Shown in pieces: positions 1-8,010 of a stretch of 64,000 nucleotides of DNA. The notes beneath the pieces were generated by a model. The model did no database searches. It saw only the letters and a program-made list of their open reading frames with translations, and was not told the origin of the DNA. Position numbers and translations under genes: made by a program. The stretch is from an uncultured Alphaproteobacteria bacterium. Lineage in GTDB: Bacteria > Pseudomonadota > Alphaproteobacteria > Rhizobiales > Xanthobacteraceae. Numbering within the stretch: position 1 is the stretch's first letter; every line of letters starts with the position of its first letter. The stretch is taken from positions 70,496-134,495 of the forward strand of contig CAVRIB010000004.1 in assembly GCA_963721135.1 (NCBI GenBank), read 5' to 3'.

Positions 1-879
1 GCAGCGATCGCTGCGGCACGCGATGCAGCCGAGGCGGCATTGCGGGATTTGCAGACAGCTCAGGATCGCCTGGTGCAGACCGAAAAACTCGCTTCGCTCG
101 GCCAACTCGCCGCCGGCATCGCCCACGAGATCAAGAACCCGCTCAATTTCGTCAATAATTTCTCTGCACTCTCGGCCGAGCTGACCGACGAACTGAACGA
201 CGTGCTCAAGCCGGTCGCGCTCGACCGCAAGGTCCGGGGAGAAGTCGACGAATTGACCGGCTTGTTGAAAGACAATCTCGAAAAGGTGGTCCAGCACGGC
301 AAGCGCGCCGATTCCATCGTCAAGAACATGCTGCTGCATTCGCGCGAGGGTTCCGGCGAGCGACGGCCCGCCGATATCAACGCGCTGCTGGATGAAAGCC
401 TCAATCTCGCCTATCACGGCGCTCGCGCTGAAAAGGGCGAGTTCAATATCATCCTGCAGCGTGACTTCGATGCAGATGCGGGCACAATCGAACTATTTCC
501 GCAGGAAATCACCCGCGCGTTCCTCAATCTGATCTCGAACGGCGTCTATGCTGCGACCAGGCGCAAGACGGAGGATCAACAGCTTGGTTTTGAGCCAACC
601 CTCCGGGCAACCACCAAAAATCTCGGAAGCGCCGTGGAAATTCGCATTCGCGACAACGGCACCGGCATTCCGGCCGAGGTACAGGAAAAGATGTTCAACC
701 CGTTCTTTACGACCAAGCCAGCCGGTGAAGGAACCGGCCTTGGTCTCTCGATGACGCACGACATCATTGTGAAGCAACACGGCGGCAAAATCGACGTCGA
801 GACCGAGCCAGGCAATTTCACCGAGATCATTATCAAGTTGCCGCGAGCAACAATCCCGCACGACAAAGGTACAAATTGA
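1..879 (+). CDS. Sensor histidine kinase, C-terminal HisKA + HATPase part (5' truncated by window edge)
   Basis: Frame open from base 1; H-box AHEIKNPL, N-box NLISN, G1 DNGTGI, F-box FNPFFTTK, G2 GTGLGL. Confidence 0.95.
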   Translation, partial: AAIAAARDAAEAALRDLQTAQDRLVQTEKLASLGQLAAGIAHEIKNPLNFVNNFSALSAELTDELNDVLKPVALDRKVRGEVDELTGLLKDNLEKVVQHGKRADSIVKNMLLHSREGSGERRPADINALLDESLNLAYHGARAEKGEFNIILQRDFDADAGTIELFPQEITRAFLNLISNGVYAATRRKTEDQQLGFEPTLRATTKNLGSAVEIRIRDNGTGIPAEVQEKMFNPFFTTKPAGEGTGLGLSMTHDIIVKQHGGKIDVETEPGNFTEIIIKLPRATIPHDKGTN

Positions 880-1265
880 GTACCCGCATTCTCGTCGTCG
901 ATGACGAGCCCGATGTTGAAAGCATGTTCCGCCAGCATTTCCGGCGTGATCTTCGTTTGGGCCGGTTCATCATGGAATTTGCTCCATCGGCTCCGGCGGC
1001 AATTGAGCGCATCAGGCTTATCGCCGACCCGTCGCTGATCTTGATCCTGTCCGACATCAACATGCCCGGCATGAGCGGCCTCGAGATGCTACCGAAGGTG
1101 CGGGCTGAACGGCCGAACGTGCCAGTTATCATGATAACCGCCTATGGCGACGAGGATACCAAGCGGCAGGCTATCGCTCAGGGACCCGTTGGCCTGCTGA
1201 CCAAACCGATCGATTTCGTCTTGCTGCGCCAGGAGATCGATGCACGGCTTGATAAAGCAGCATAA
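876..1265 (+). CDS. Single-domain response regulator (receiver only)
   Basis: ILVVDDE, LILSDINMPGMSG (phospho-Asp), ITAY, LTKP; TTG start overlaps kinase stop. Confidence 0.93.
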   Translation: MSTRILVVDDEPDVESMFRQHFRRDLRLGRFIMEFAPSAPAAIERIRLIADPSLILILSDINMPGMSGLEMLPKVRAERPNVPVIMITAYGDEDTKRQAIAQGPVGLLTKPIDFVLLRQEIDARLDKAA

Positions 1266-1284
1266 CCGTCGAAATCTCTTCGAA

Positions 1285-1416
1285 TTTGCTGCAGTGCATG
1301 AGTCCGTTCGTGGCACGAAACGGACCTCCAGCGATGTCCGCTATCTGGTCGCTATCGGGGGAAAAGCAGACATGGGGTGGACGGTCCATTTCGGTAGCGA
1401 TTGACCCCAAGCGGAC
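1285..1416. repeat. Cluster of imperfect palindromes (GTCCG...CGGAC family), left copy
   Basis: tttgctgcagtgcatgagtccgttcgtggcacgaaacggac, then atgtccgct...agcagacat and ttgaccccaagcggac. Confidence 0.8.
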
Positions 1417-1502
1417 TTTTGATCCGCTGCGTCGCGACCTCTTCCCCTGCGTCGGCTTCACCGATTAGGATGGCTCTCTGTGCTGGAAGGCCGAGGGGAC
1501 CG

Positions 1503-2489
1503 ATGCGACGGCGCGAGTTCATCATTGGCGGAATGGCGGGAGCTTGGCCGCTGATTGTAGGGGCGCAACCAGCGGACCAAAGGCGGCTGGTCGGTGTGCT
1601 TATGGGGTCACGGCAGGATGACACCGTAAGCGAAGCGCATCTCACCACATTCCGCAACGGCCTTGCCGACTTGGGCTGGGTCGAAGGCCGCAACGTGCGT
1701 TTCGAGATCCTCCACGGAGCCGGCGACCGCGACCGGGTGCGGACAGGTGCGGTGGAGCTTGTAAAGCTCGCTCCGGACGTCATCCTCTCTTACGGTACCT
1801 CATCGACCGCTGCGCTGAAATCGGCCACGCAGTCGATCCCGATCGTGTTCGCTGTTGTCAACGACCCCGTCGCACAGGGGTACGTGCCGAATGTTGAGCA
1901 CCCCGGCGGCAATATCACCGGCTTCAGCTTCATCGATTATTCGATGATCGGCAAGGCGCTCGGCCTGTTCAAGCAGATCGCGCCCGCCGTGACGCGGATC
2001 GGCTTTCTGTTCAATCCCGACGACTATCCCTATTACGAGGTTTATCTGCGCTCGTTCAAGGAGCAGCGCGAGGCACTGGCGCTCGACGTGACGGCCATGC
2101 GCGCGCACAGCGACGCCGAGATTGACGCCGCGATCACGCAGCTGGCGGCGGTGCCGGGCGGCGGCCTGATCGCCCCGCCAAGCGCTTTCAACGCTGTGCA
2201 TCGCCACGAGATCATCACGCAGGCGCTGGCGCACGGACTCCCAGCCGTCGTTCCCTTTCGCGAGGCGGTCGCTGACGGCGGGCTGATGTGCTACGCACCG
2301 GACGAGACCGATATTTTTCGGCGTGCCGCCCCGTACGTCGATCGGATTCTCAAAGGCGCCAAGCCCGGCGATCTGCCGGTGCAGGCTCCGACCAAGTTTG
2401 ATTTCGTCATCAATCTCAGAACGGCAAAGCTGCTCGGCCTCAATGTGCCGCCTAACCTGCTTGCGATCGCCGACGAGGCGATCGAATAG
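1503..2489 (+). CDS. ABC transporter substrate-binding protein (ABC_sub_bind/TrpX-like), orphan
   Basis: MRRREFI N-terminus, LVKLAPDVIL, TQSIPIVF, PGGNITG, YVDRILKGAKPGDLPVQAPTKFDFVINLRTAKLLG. Confidence 0.92.
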   Translation: MRRREFIIGGMAGAWPLIVGAQPADQRRLVGVLMGSRQDDTVSEAHLTTFRNGLADLGWVEGRNVRFEILHGAGDRDRVRTGAVELVKLAPDVILSYGTSSTAALKSATQSIPIVFAVVNDPVAQGYVPNVEHPGGNITGFSFIDYSMIGKALGLFKQIAPAVTRIGFLFNPDDYPYYEVYLRSFKEQREALALDVTAMRAHSDAEIDAAITQLAAVPGGGLIAPPSAFNAVHRHEIITQALAHGLPAVVPFREAVADGGLMCYAPDETDIFRRAAPYVDRILKGAKPGDLPVQAPTKFDFVINLRTAKLLGLNVPPNLLAIADEAIE

Positions 2490-2496
2490 AGGTGTT

Positions 2497-2540
2497 TTTG
2501 CTGCAATGCATGAGTCCGGTTGTGGGCACAAAGCGGACAT
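2497..2540. repeat. Right copy of the palindromic repeat
   Basis: tttgctgcaatgcatgagtccggttgtgggcacaaagcggacat; direct repeat of 1285-1327. Confidence 0.8.
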
Positions 2541-2626
2541 GACTACGCGAACAAGTCCGTCCCGGCTTGCGTGAACGACAGCACCGGAGAGATGCAGCGT
2601 GTTCCAACCTGTGCGCGATGGCGGCT

Positions 2627-2833
2627 CTACGGGAGGCCCACTGTCCGTTCAGGATCGGCGGCGACGCGCTGGACGATGGCGTGCTCGCATTCAGGGCATT
2701 CGAGCGATCTAATCTCGAATCCCGGACTGCCCGGCGTGATGCGCGTCAACGCCATCTTGGCAAAACACTTCGAACAACGCGGGCGATCTATTGCCGAGGA
2801 TGAGACGCGTGGAGGCTTGCTAGGTGGAAACAT
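2627..2833 (-). CDS. Small zinc-ribbon-like protein (CxxC...CxxC)
   Basis: RPRCSKC...MALTRITPGSPGFEIRSLECPEC; 68 aa. Confidence 0.7.
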   Translation of the reverse strand: MFPPSKPPRVSSSAIDRPRCSKCFAKMALTRITPGSPGFEIRSLECPECEHAIVQRVAADPERTVGLP

Positions 2834-2917
2834 GTGTAAAGCGCACCGGTGATATTGGGATATGGCGCTGCAGTAAGACCATGGCCGGAAATCGATGTCG
2901 GTGCGGTACCCGACACA

Positions 2918-2931
2918 TTGCCCCAGATCAA
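2918..2931. promoter_or_regulatory. FNR/FixK2-type palindromic box
   Basis: TTGC-cccaga-TCAA fits TTG(A/C)-N6-(T/G)CAA. Confidence 0.55.
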
Positions 2932-2964
2932 CGAGACGAGTGATTTAATCCTTAGCGTTCATTA

Positions 2965-3048
2965 GAGCATTTGCCGAGCGGCACGGAGGGGTGTTGTTCC
3001 GGTGTTTGTGAGAGGCCCGGATACCTCATCCGGGCCTCGCTCTTTTTT
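2965..3048 (+). ncRNA. Candidate sRNA (~84 nt)
   Basis: -10 TAGCGT at 2953-2958, FNR-type box centred about 41 nt upstream of the inferred start, ends in an intrinsic terminator; no substantial ORF. Confidence 0.45.
3012..3048 (+). terminator. Intrinsic terminator
   Basis: Perfect 11-bp stem gaggcccggat/atccgggcctc followed by gctctttttt. Confidence 0.8.
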
Positions 3049-3297
3049 CAGCGACCAAGGAAACTGCCTCTTACCCCAAAGCGACGCTATGCTGAGCGAT
3101 CGAGCGTGGCCTCCGTGGGCGCGTCGCGAAGATGAAAACCAAACGGTTTCGCACAGTCGCGTGAGGCCGCCCGCCTCTACTGGTCGTCAACACCTTCTAA
3201 ATAACCCAACCGAGACGGTGGATATTGTGGGTACCTCCTAGAAAATATTTGACTAACCGCCATTTTAGAGCTGGTGGTGGCGTTCGGAGTTTACGAC

Positions 3298-3528
3298 ATG
3301 GCTGTTCGACCAAGCGATCTTGCAGAACGTATTTACAATCGGGTCGAACCGGGTGACGGGTTCATGCAGGAGACGCTTCGCCTGCCGGTTGAAGCGGCTC
3401 GTATTAGGGCTCGTGAGATTATCAATCAGTGTCCGCAGAGCGGTTACATGACGACTGTTGAGCATTGGCGGCAATTGCCCGATGGACAGATCGAATTCAT
3501 AACGCGGCGTCTGCGGACAGCAGATTGA
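3298..3528 (+). CDS. Small hypothetical protein
   Basis: GGAG RBS 8 nt before ATG; 76 aa ending VEHWRQLPDGQIEFITRRLRTAD. Confidence 0.7.
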   Translation: MAVRPSDLAERIYNRVEPGDGFMQETLRLPVEAARIRAREIINQCPQSGYMTTVEHWRQLPDGQIEFITRRLRTAD

Positions 3529-3533
3529 GGCCA

Positions 3534-3725
3534 ATGACCGGCGACCAATCCAGGCTCCTCAAGGTTGGCGACCGCGTTTGCTGGGGAGCCAAGACAACCG
3601 ATCTTGGTGCGGTTGTCAAAACGACTTGGAATGAAGTCACTATCGATTGGGACGACGGGCGCTCGACTTCAATCCAGCACAACGATATGGCGCAAGTCGA
3701 GCGGGTGCCGACGAAACTGATGTGA
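3534..3725 (+). CDS. Small SH3/KOW-like beta-barrel hypothetical protein
   Basis: GAGG RBS; LKVGDRVCW...G.V.....VTIDWDDG pattern; 63 aa. Confidence 0.7.
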   Translation: MTGDQSRLLKVGDRVCWGAKTTDLGAVVKTTWNEVTIDWDDGRSTSIQHNDMAQVERVPTKLM

Positions 3726-3828
3726 GGGCGTGGCACGTTGCGAAAAGAATAAATTGTTAACCCGCCGTCGATAGCGTATTTCGACGCGGGCTTCGCAACT
3801 CACACCGCGAATTTGGCTTGCAATACTT

Positions 3829-3860
3829 CCCGCCGGGGTGACCCGGCGGGTTTCTTTCTT
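3829..3860 (+). terminator. Intrinsic terminator
   Basis: Perfect 9-bp stem cccgccggg/cccggcggg, then tttctttctt. Confidence 0.8.
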
Positions 3861-3906
3861 GCGCAACTGGGGTTGTTTTGACTTTCTCTAGAGGCATATT
3901 TAGCCG

Positions 3907-4092
3907 ATGAAATATCTCGCCTTCGGCAGTACTGCCTTTTTCAGTGCTGCGCTCTTTGCTTTGGCTGTCGCCTATCTGGCCCATAGTGTGCTGGGTATCC
4001 CGCGCCATGCCATCCAGATTGACGCGTTGGGAATGGCTGCCTGTATCGCGGCATTCATTGGCGCGGCTGTGTTCGCCAAACGGCGGCCCTAG
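3907..4092 (+). CDS. Small two-TM membrane protein (61 aa)
   Basis: GAGG RBS; two hydrophobic stretches, basic C-terminus KRRP. Confidence 0.6.
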   Translation: MKYLAFGSTAFFSAALFALAVAYLAHSVLGIPRHAIQIDALGMAACIAAFIGAAVFAKRRP

Positions 4093-4164
4093 CATCGGTC
4101 GTCGGGCCGCGTTACCGATCGCGCGCCAGCTTCCGTCGTCTCCAATGAGACCCGACCGACGGCG

Positions 4165-4362
4165 TTAGGGCGCAGCTGCGGTAGGTGTTTTTCTATGCTT
4201 TTTGTGTAGCACTAAACCCAGCGATCGGGCCATTCGTCGCACGGATGCGGTTGGCCGACCGAGCAATTTTGCGATCTCCTCCGCGTTCGCTTTCGTCCTT
4301 GCACCGACTTCCAGGCGCTTCAGTTCCTGCTGCGACCAATTTTTTGGTGGGCGGGCCTTCAT
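4165..4362 (-). CDS. Small HTH protein (GcrA/Myb-like N-terminal pattern)
   Basis: KNWSQQELKRL...EEIAKLLGRPTASVRRMARSLGL; 65 aa. Confidence 0.6.
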   Translation of the reverse strand: MKARPPKNWSQQELKRLEVGARTKANAEEIAKLLGRPTASVRRMARSLGLVLHKKHRKTPTAAAP

Positions 4363-4538
4363 CTGTTTTTGCCTCAACCGACGGCCACACGGAACACAAG
4401 GATAGCGGGGCCATCCGTTACGACCTGCCGGCCGCGCGGTAGGGTGATCGGTTCGTCGAACCGTCGTTTTCAACCGCGATCAGCCGTCACGCAGCAGCCT
4501 TATCTTCCTCGTCGACACCGCGCGCACAAGCCTCTGCG

Positions 4539-5142
4539 TCAGAACGAGTCCCTGACCCTGTCCATCGCCGGGTGGCTTCTGTTCTTCACCTTGACCCAGT
4601 CGGGCGAGCGGCCGGCACTGTAGCGGCTCTCGCGGCGTTTCGAGACCATGCCTTCCAGCCCGAACTTGCAGGCCTGCTGTAACAGGTCGGGGCCGATCTC
4701 CCCCTGCTCGAAGTCGGAGACGAAGATGCCGTCCGGTCGCCGTGCCAGGAACCGCGCCAGGTTGTTCTTCCGCAGATGCAGGGGCAACCTGCGCAGGTCA
4801 TCGCCATCAAGCGCCAGGATGTCGAAAGGCATAGAGCTGGACCTCCTCGTCATGCCGGCGGCCATGCAGGCCGTTGAAGTCGGAGATGCCGTCGACGCCG
4901 AGCAGCATCGCCTCGCCATCGATCACGAACGAGGTTATCCGGTTCTTGAGCGCCGCCTCGACGATCAGCGGGTAGCGATCCGTCCAGAGGTGGCCGTTCC
5001 GGGAGAACAGCCGCACGCGCGTGCCCTCGCGCTCAACAATGAGACAGTAGCCGTCGTGCTTGATCTCATGAAGCCAACCCGGCCCGGCTGGAACCTTGGT
5101 TCCACGCGTCGGCAGGCACGGCTCAAATTGATTTTTCGGCAT
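4539..5142 (-). pseudogene. Short ATP-dependent DNA ligase (adenylation domain only), +1 frameshift at ~4825-4827
   Basis: Motifs EIKHDGY, VIDGE, LYAF/DIL (split by an extra base), GLEGMVSK, SPDWVKVK; ends without an OB domain. Confidence 0.85.
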
Positions 5143-5397
5143 GCCGGAAAGATAGGCTCGATCGGCCAAAATATCGAGAGCACGGCCCCGCCTTGGTGCA
5201 TATTTGGGGGCGACGGGGACCGTGCAGGTCGCCTCCTGGGGGGACGACGACCCATCAAGATAACGGCGCAATTAGTCGGCGTTCCCGGCCCAGATGAACA
5301 CATTACCGAGCGCGGGCCCGCTATCAGCCTCCAGGTCGCCAGTCCGGCGGCATGCGTTCGTGCCGATCGAAGCGCCAAGATCGGGCCATTCCTGGCA

Positions 5398-5595
5398 TCA
5401 ATGCCGCCGGCCGTCCTTATCGACCTCGGTGTTGAAACCTTTTGGCATTCGTGGCGAGGAACGGTCGTTGGTGCCATTGCACCGTGGGCACGGTGCCCCA
5501 GCGCCGCCGCAGGTGCATCGGTGCTCGCCTTCCCAAGGGCGGATTGGATGGTTCTCGCAGACCCAGCCGGAGTCCTCGCAGAGCGCGCACTTCAC
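5398..5595 (-). CDS. Small Cys-rich zinc-binding protein
   Basis: CALCEDSGWVCENHP...CTCGGAGAPCPRC; GTG start overlaps upstream stop (GTGA). Confidence 0.75.
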   Translation of the reverse strand: MKCALCEDSGWVCENHPIRPWEGEHRCTCGGAGAPCPRCNGTNDRSSPRMPKGFNTEVDKDGRRH

Positions 5596-5957
5596 GGGGT
5601 TGTTCCCGCAGCGCGCCAGTCTGGCGGCATCCGCTCGTGCCGATCGAAGCGGCGATACTTCTCGGCCGTCCATGCTTCCTGATCTCGCCACGCCTGAAAA
5701 TCCGCTTCGGTGCGCTTGGGCAGATATTCCCGCCATCCTGCGTCAAACGCCACGCGCGCTGCCTCAAAGCTTGAAGCGGTGCCGTAGCTCTGCTCGCCCG
5801 GATTGCTCCCCGGATAGAAGCCGCAATGCCACTCCCAGGGCTCGGATGTGTTGGCGACGCCCGATCGTTCCAAGATCAGGCCCACGCGCACGCCGGCATA
5901 GTGGACGTGCCACCGTTCGGGGCGATCGTTGACGCGCTTGCGGGTGAGGGCGGGCAT
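5592..5957 (-). CDS. Trp-rich hypothetical protein of the mini-ligase module
   Basis: WEWHCGFYPGSNPGE...TEADFQAWRDQEAWTAEKY; 121 aa, coupled to the Cys-rich gene. Confidence 0.75.
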   Translation of the reverse strand: MPALTRKRVNDRPERWHVHYAGVRVGLILERSGVANTSEPWEWHCGFYPGSNPGEQSYGTASSFEAARVAFDAGWREYLPKRTEADFQAWRDQEAWTAEKYRRFDRHERMPPDWRAAGTTP

Positions 5958-6063
5958 ACGCCATTGAAGCGCCGGCGAGGGCACGCCTGCAAGCCGCTAG
6001 GGATTGAGGCTCGACATCGTCGACCACCGACATAGGCGTGCGAAGCCGCACCATTTGTCTTTG

Positions 6064-6222
6064 TCATCTTGACGCTCGCGACCCGAGCCACAATCCCACG
6101 AAGGCGCCGACACCGCTGAGCAGCACTCCTGAATAGGAGAACATGCCGTCACCCCAGAGTTCGGGAATAAATCCACCGATCGTGGACCCAATAAAAATCC
6201 CTATCCAGATGGATGCTCGCAT
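6064..6222 (-). CDS. Small Gly-rich membrane protein (52 aa)
   Basis: IWIGIFIGSTIGGFIPELWG...LLSGVGAFVGLWLG. Confidence 0.65.
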   Translation of the reverse strand: MRASIWIGIFIGSTIGGFIPELWGDGMFSYSGVLLSGVGAFVGLWLGSRASR

Positions 6223-6345
6223 GGGTGCAAAATACCATAGCCAAAAGCACCGCGCGCGAAAGCCGCCCATGAGGGCTTGGCTAGCGTGTGCTTGGAACGT
6301 TCCATGAAGGACAATCTGTCCTAAGTTCACATGCTGCGAACTTTT

Positions 6346-6403
6346 CGGAACGGACGGGGAACTGCTTTAGCGCTTTCCCCAAGCGGGAAATTGTCAAACC
6401 GGC
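6346..6403. repeat. 58-bp direct repeat, copy 1
   Basis: About 52/58 identical to 6916-6973; internal ggggaa...ttcccc stem; TTGACA on the minus strand. Confidence 0.85.
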
Positions 6404-6462
6404 TGACTGGGGCGCGAAGGGCGCCGGTGCGGGCTTGGCCATTCGGCAAATCAGCGGACCGC

Positions 6463-6696
6463 TTAATCTTCCGGGAACAGCTTGTCGGTCGTTTTGTCCA
6501 AATGCCTCTTGGGGCTGGGATCTGGCAGATGTCCAACCAGCTCTCCGGAAAGCTTGTAAATGTTGCTGCCTTTGAGGTCGTAGAGCTTCTTTCCCTTCGG
6601 ATCGAAGATAGCCGGGCCAACGACGATCGCTACGAGAGTGCCACGACTATTGAATATATTGCCATCCACGACCGACCTCCTATCGAGGTACCCCAT
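6463..6696 (-). CDS. Small hypothetical protein with repeated short beta-hairpin units
   Basis: IFNSRGTLV / IFDPKGKKL / IYKLSGELVG periodicity; 77 aa. Confidence 0.6.
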   Translation of the reverse strand: MGYLDRRSVVDGNIFNSRGTLVAIVVGPAIFDPKGKKLYDLKGSNIYKLSGELVGHLPDPSPKRHLDKTTDKLFPED

Positions 6697-6868
6697 TATG
6701 GCAAAGGTTGCGCCTGTTGGGTGACGATAGCGAGACGAATCGCGCTCTCGGCTATTTCTCCCTTCACCTTCAGCCCCAGCTCGACCAGGCGGTGACGCCG
6801 GCGCAGTCGGTCGCGCATCGGGAGCCGACGGCGGCGGCGTCTCAGGGCCCGGATTCGCTTCTGCAATC

Positions 6869-6922
6869 TCACTTTTTTGTTTTCAATCCCAGCTCGACCA
6901 GGCGGCGGACGGCCTCGGAGCG
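6869..6922 (-). pseudogene. C-terminal remnant of a ribbon-helix-helix protein
   Basis: Reads RSEAVRRLVELGLKTKK*; in-frame TAG just upstream inside the 58-bp repeat; a second tail RLVELGLKVKGE at ~6752-6792. Confidence 0.55.
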
Positions 6923-6973
6923 GACGGGGAACTACTTTAGCACTTTCCCCAAGCGGCGAATTGTCAAATCGGC
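6916..6973. repeat. 58-bp direct repeat, copy 2
   Basis: See 6346-6403. Confidence 0.85.
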
Positions 6974-7440
6974 AAATCAGGAGCAGGCGGCTTCAATAAG
7001 TATGCGAATAGATGCGCGTGCGTGCGCGAAGGCCGGTCCCACCACGCAGCTAACCGAAGCAATGAACATGCTCAATCGGAACCGCATCACTTTCCTTTCG
7101 TCGCCGGTAGATCGACCCGGTCCTCACGGAATTCGGATTGGACCTTGGTCAAGCGACTTCGGCGCCGGGCGCGTCTTCGCCGGCGGGCCCGGTTCAGCCC
7201 CGGACGTGCTTCATTGCGTGCAATGAGCTTCTAAGAAATTGGCGGTAAATTGCGTTGAGGATGAAAACTAACATGATCGAACCCCACTGTTTGACCATCC
7301 CCCGTCTTTTAACGGATCTCCGTTTCTGGCCGGTTTCGAGCCGCTGGAAAATGGCTTCGTGCCGATCCCCAGAACGTTTCGCTGGGAACCAACGGCAATC
7401 AGAACCGGGATTGTCCTCTGATCGAATAGTGATAACCTTG

Positions 7441-7525
7441 TGCCGTCCTATCGCCTGACGTGGCGATGGGACAGTTCAACCCCTACTTTCACCCCCGTCC
7501 GGACCCCCTCCTGGGCGGGGGTTTT
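7441..7525 (+). ncRNA. Candidate two-hairpin sRNA with a C-rich anti-SD-like loop
   Basis: Hairpin 7445-7472; terminator-like stem 7491-7522 with loop ggaccccctcct and a short T tail. Confidence 0.4.
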
Positions 7526-7647
7526 GCATATCCGGGCGGGCAACGGCTGGCGTCTCATGTTCGGCGGCGGGCCGCGTCCTTCTTAACTTGGCGTTAACCC
7601 TGGCGAAGTGAAGCTCGGCCAATGATGCGAGCCAAGGGCGCTGACCA

Positions 7648-7881
7648 ATGGCTGAGGCCTCCGGATGGGACGAGTTGACCAGGTTTGAGCAGCGCGTGCT
7701 GATCAAGCTGTTCGGCGGTGGAACGGTCCGAAAAGAAAACCCCGCGGTCGTTGACGAACTACGGGCTCGGGGCTTCATCGACAAGAACAACGAGCTCGCG
7801 ATGCCGGGATTGTTCGTTCTCACGCTCGCGATGCGCCGCCAGCAGAAGGACGCGCTTGTGCGGCTCGGTCTCGCGGCGTAG
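7648..7881 (+). CDS. Small hypothetical protein (possible winged-helix)
   Basis: WDELTRFEQRVLIKL...VVDELRARGFID; 77 aa. Confidence 0.6.
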   Translation: MAEASGWDELTRFEQRVLIKLFGGGTVRKENPAVVDELRARGFIDKNNELAMPGLFVLTLAMRRQQKDALVRLGLAA

Positions 7882-8010
7882 CCGTCCATTCATGGTACGC
7901 TGGCTAGCCCTGCGCTGGCGCCGAGCGGCCGGGACAGCAAGCCCGCAACAGCCGGACTTACCAGCGGCCTTCTTAGAGTCATGGGGAGGCCGTTTGCTTT
8001 CGTGGGGGGA

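Noticed and set aside
1372-1384. 13-nt identity (atggggtggacgg) to the IS110 left end
   Set aside because: No second end, core or tnp remnant nearby, and it was noticed post hoc. It would merit revisiting only if it recurs in other copies of this repeat
6936-6966. CIRCE (HrcA) operator
   Set aside because: Only a left-half match (TTAGCACT); no GAGTGCTAA at 9-nt spacing
6346-6973. CRISPR array
   Set aside because: Two 58-bp copies 570 bp apart, no regular spacers, no cas genes
7022-7458. Short ORFs at 7.0-7.45 kb
   Set aside because: No recognisable motif, RBS or protein-like composition
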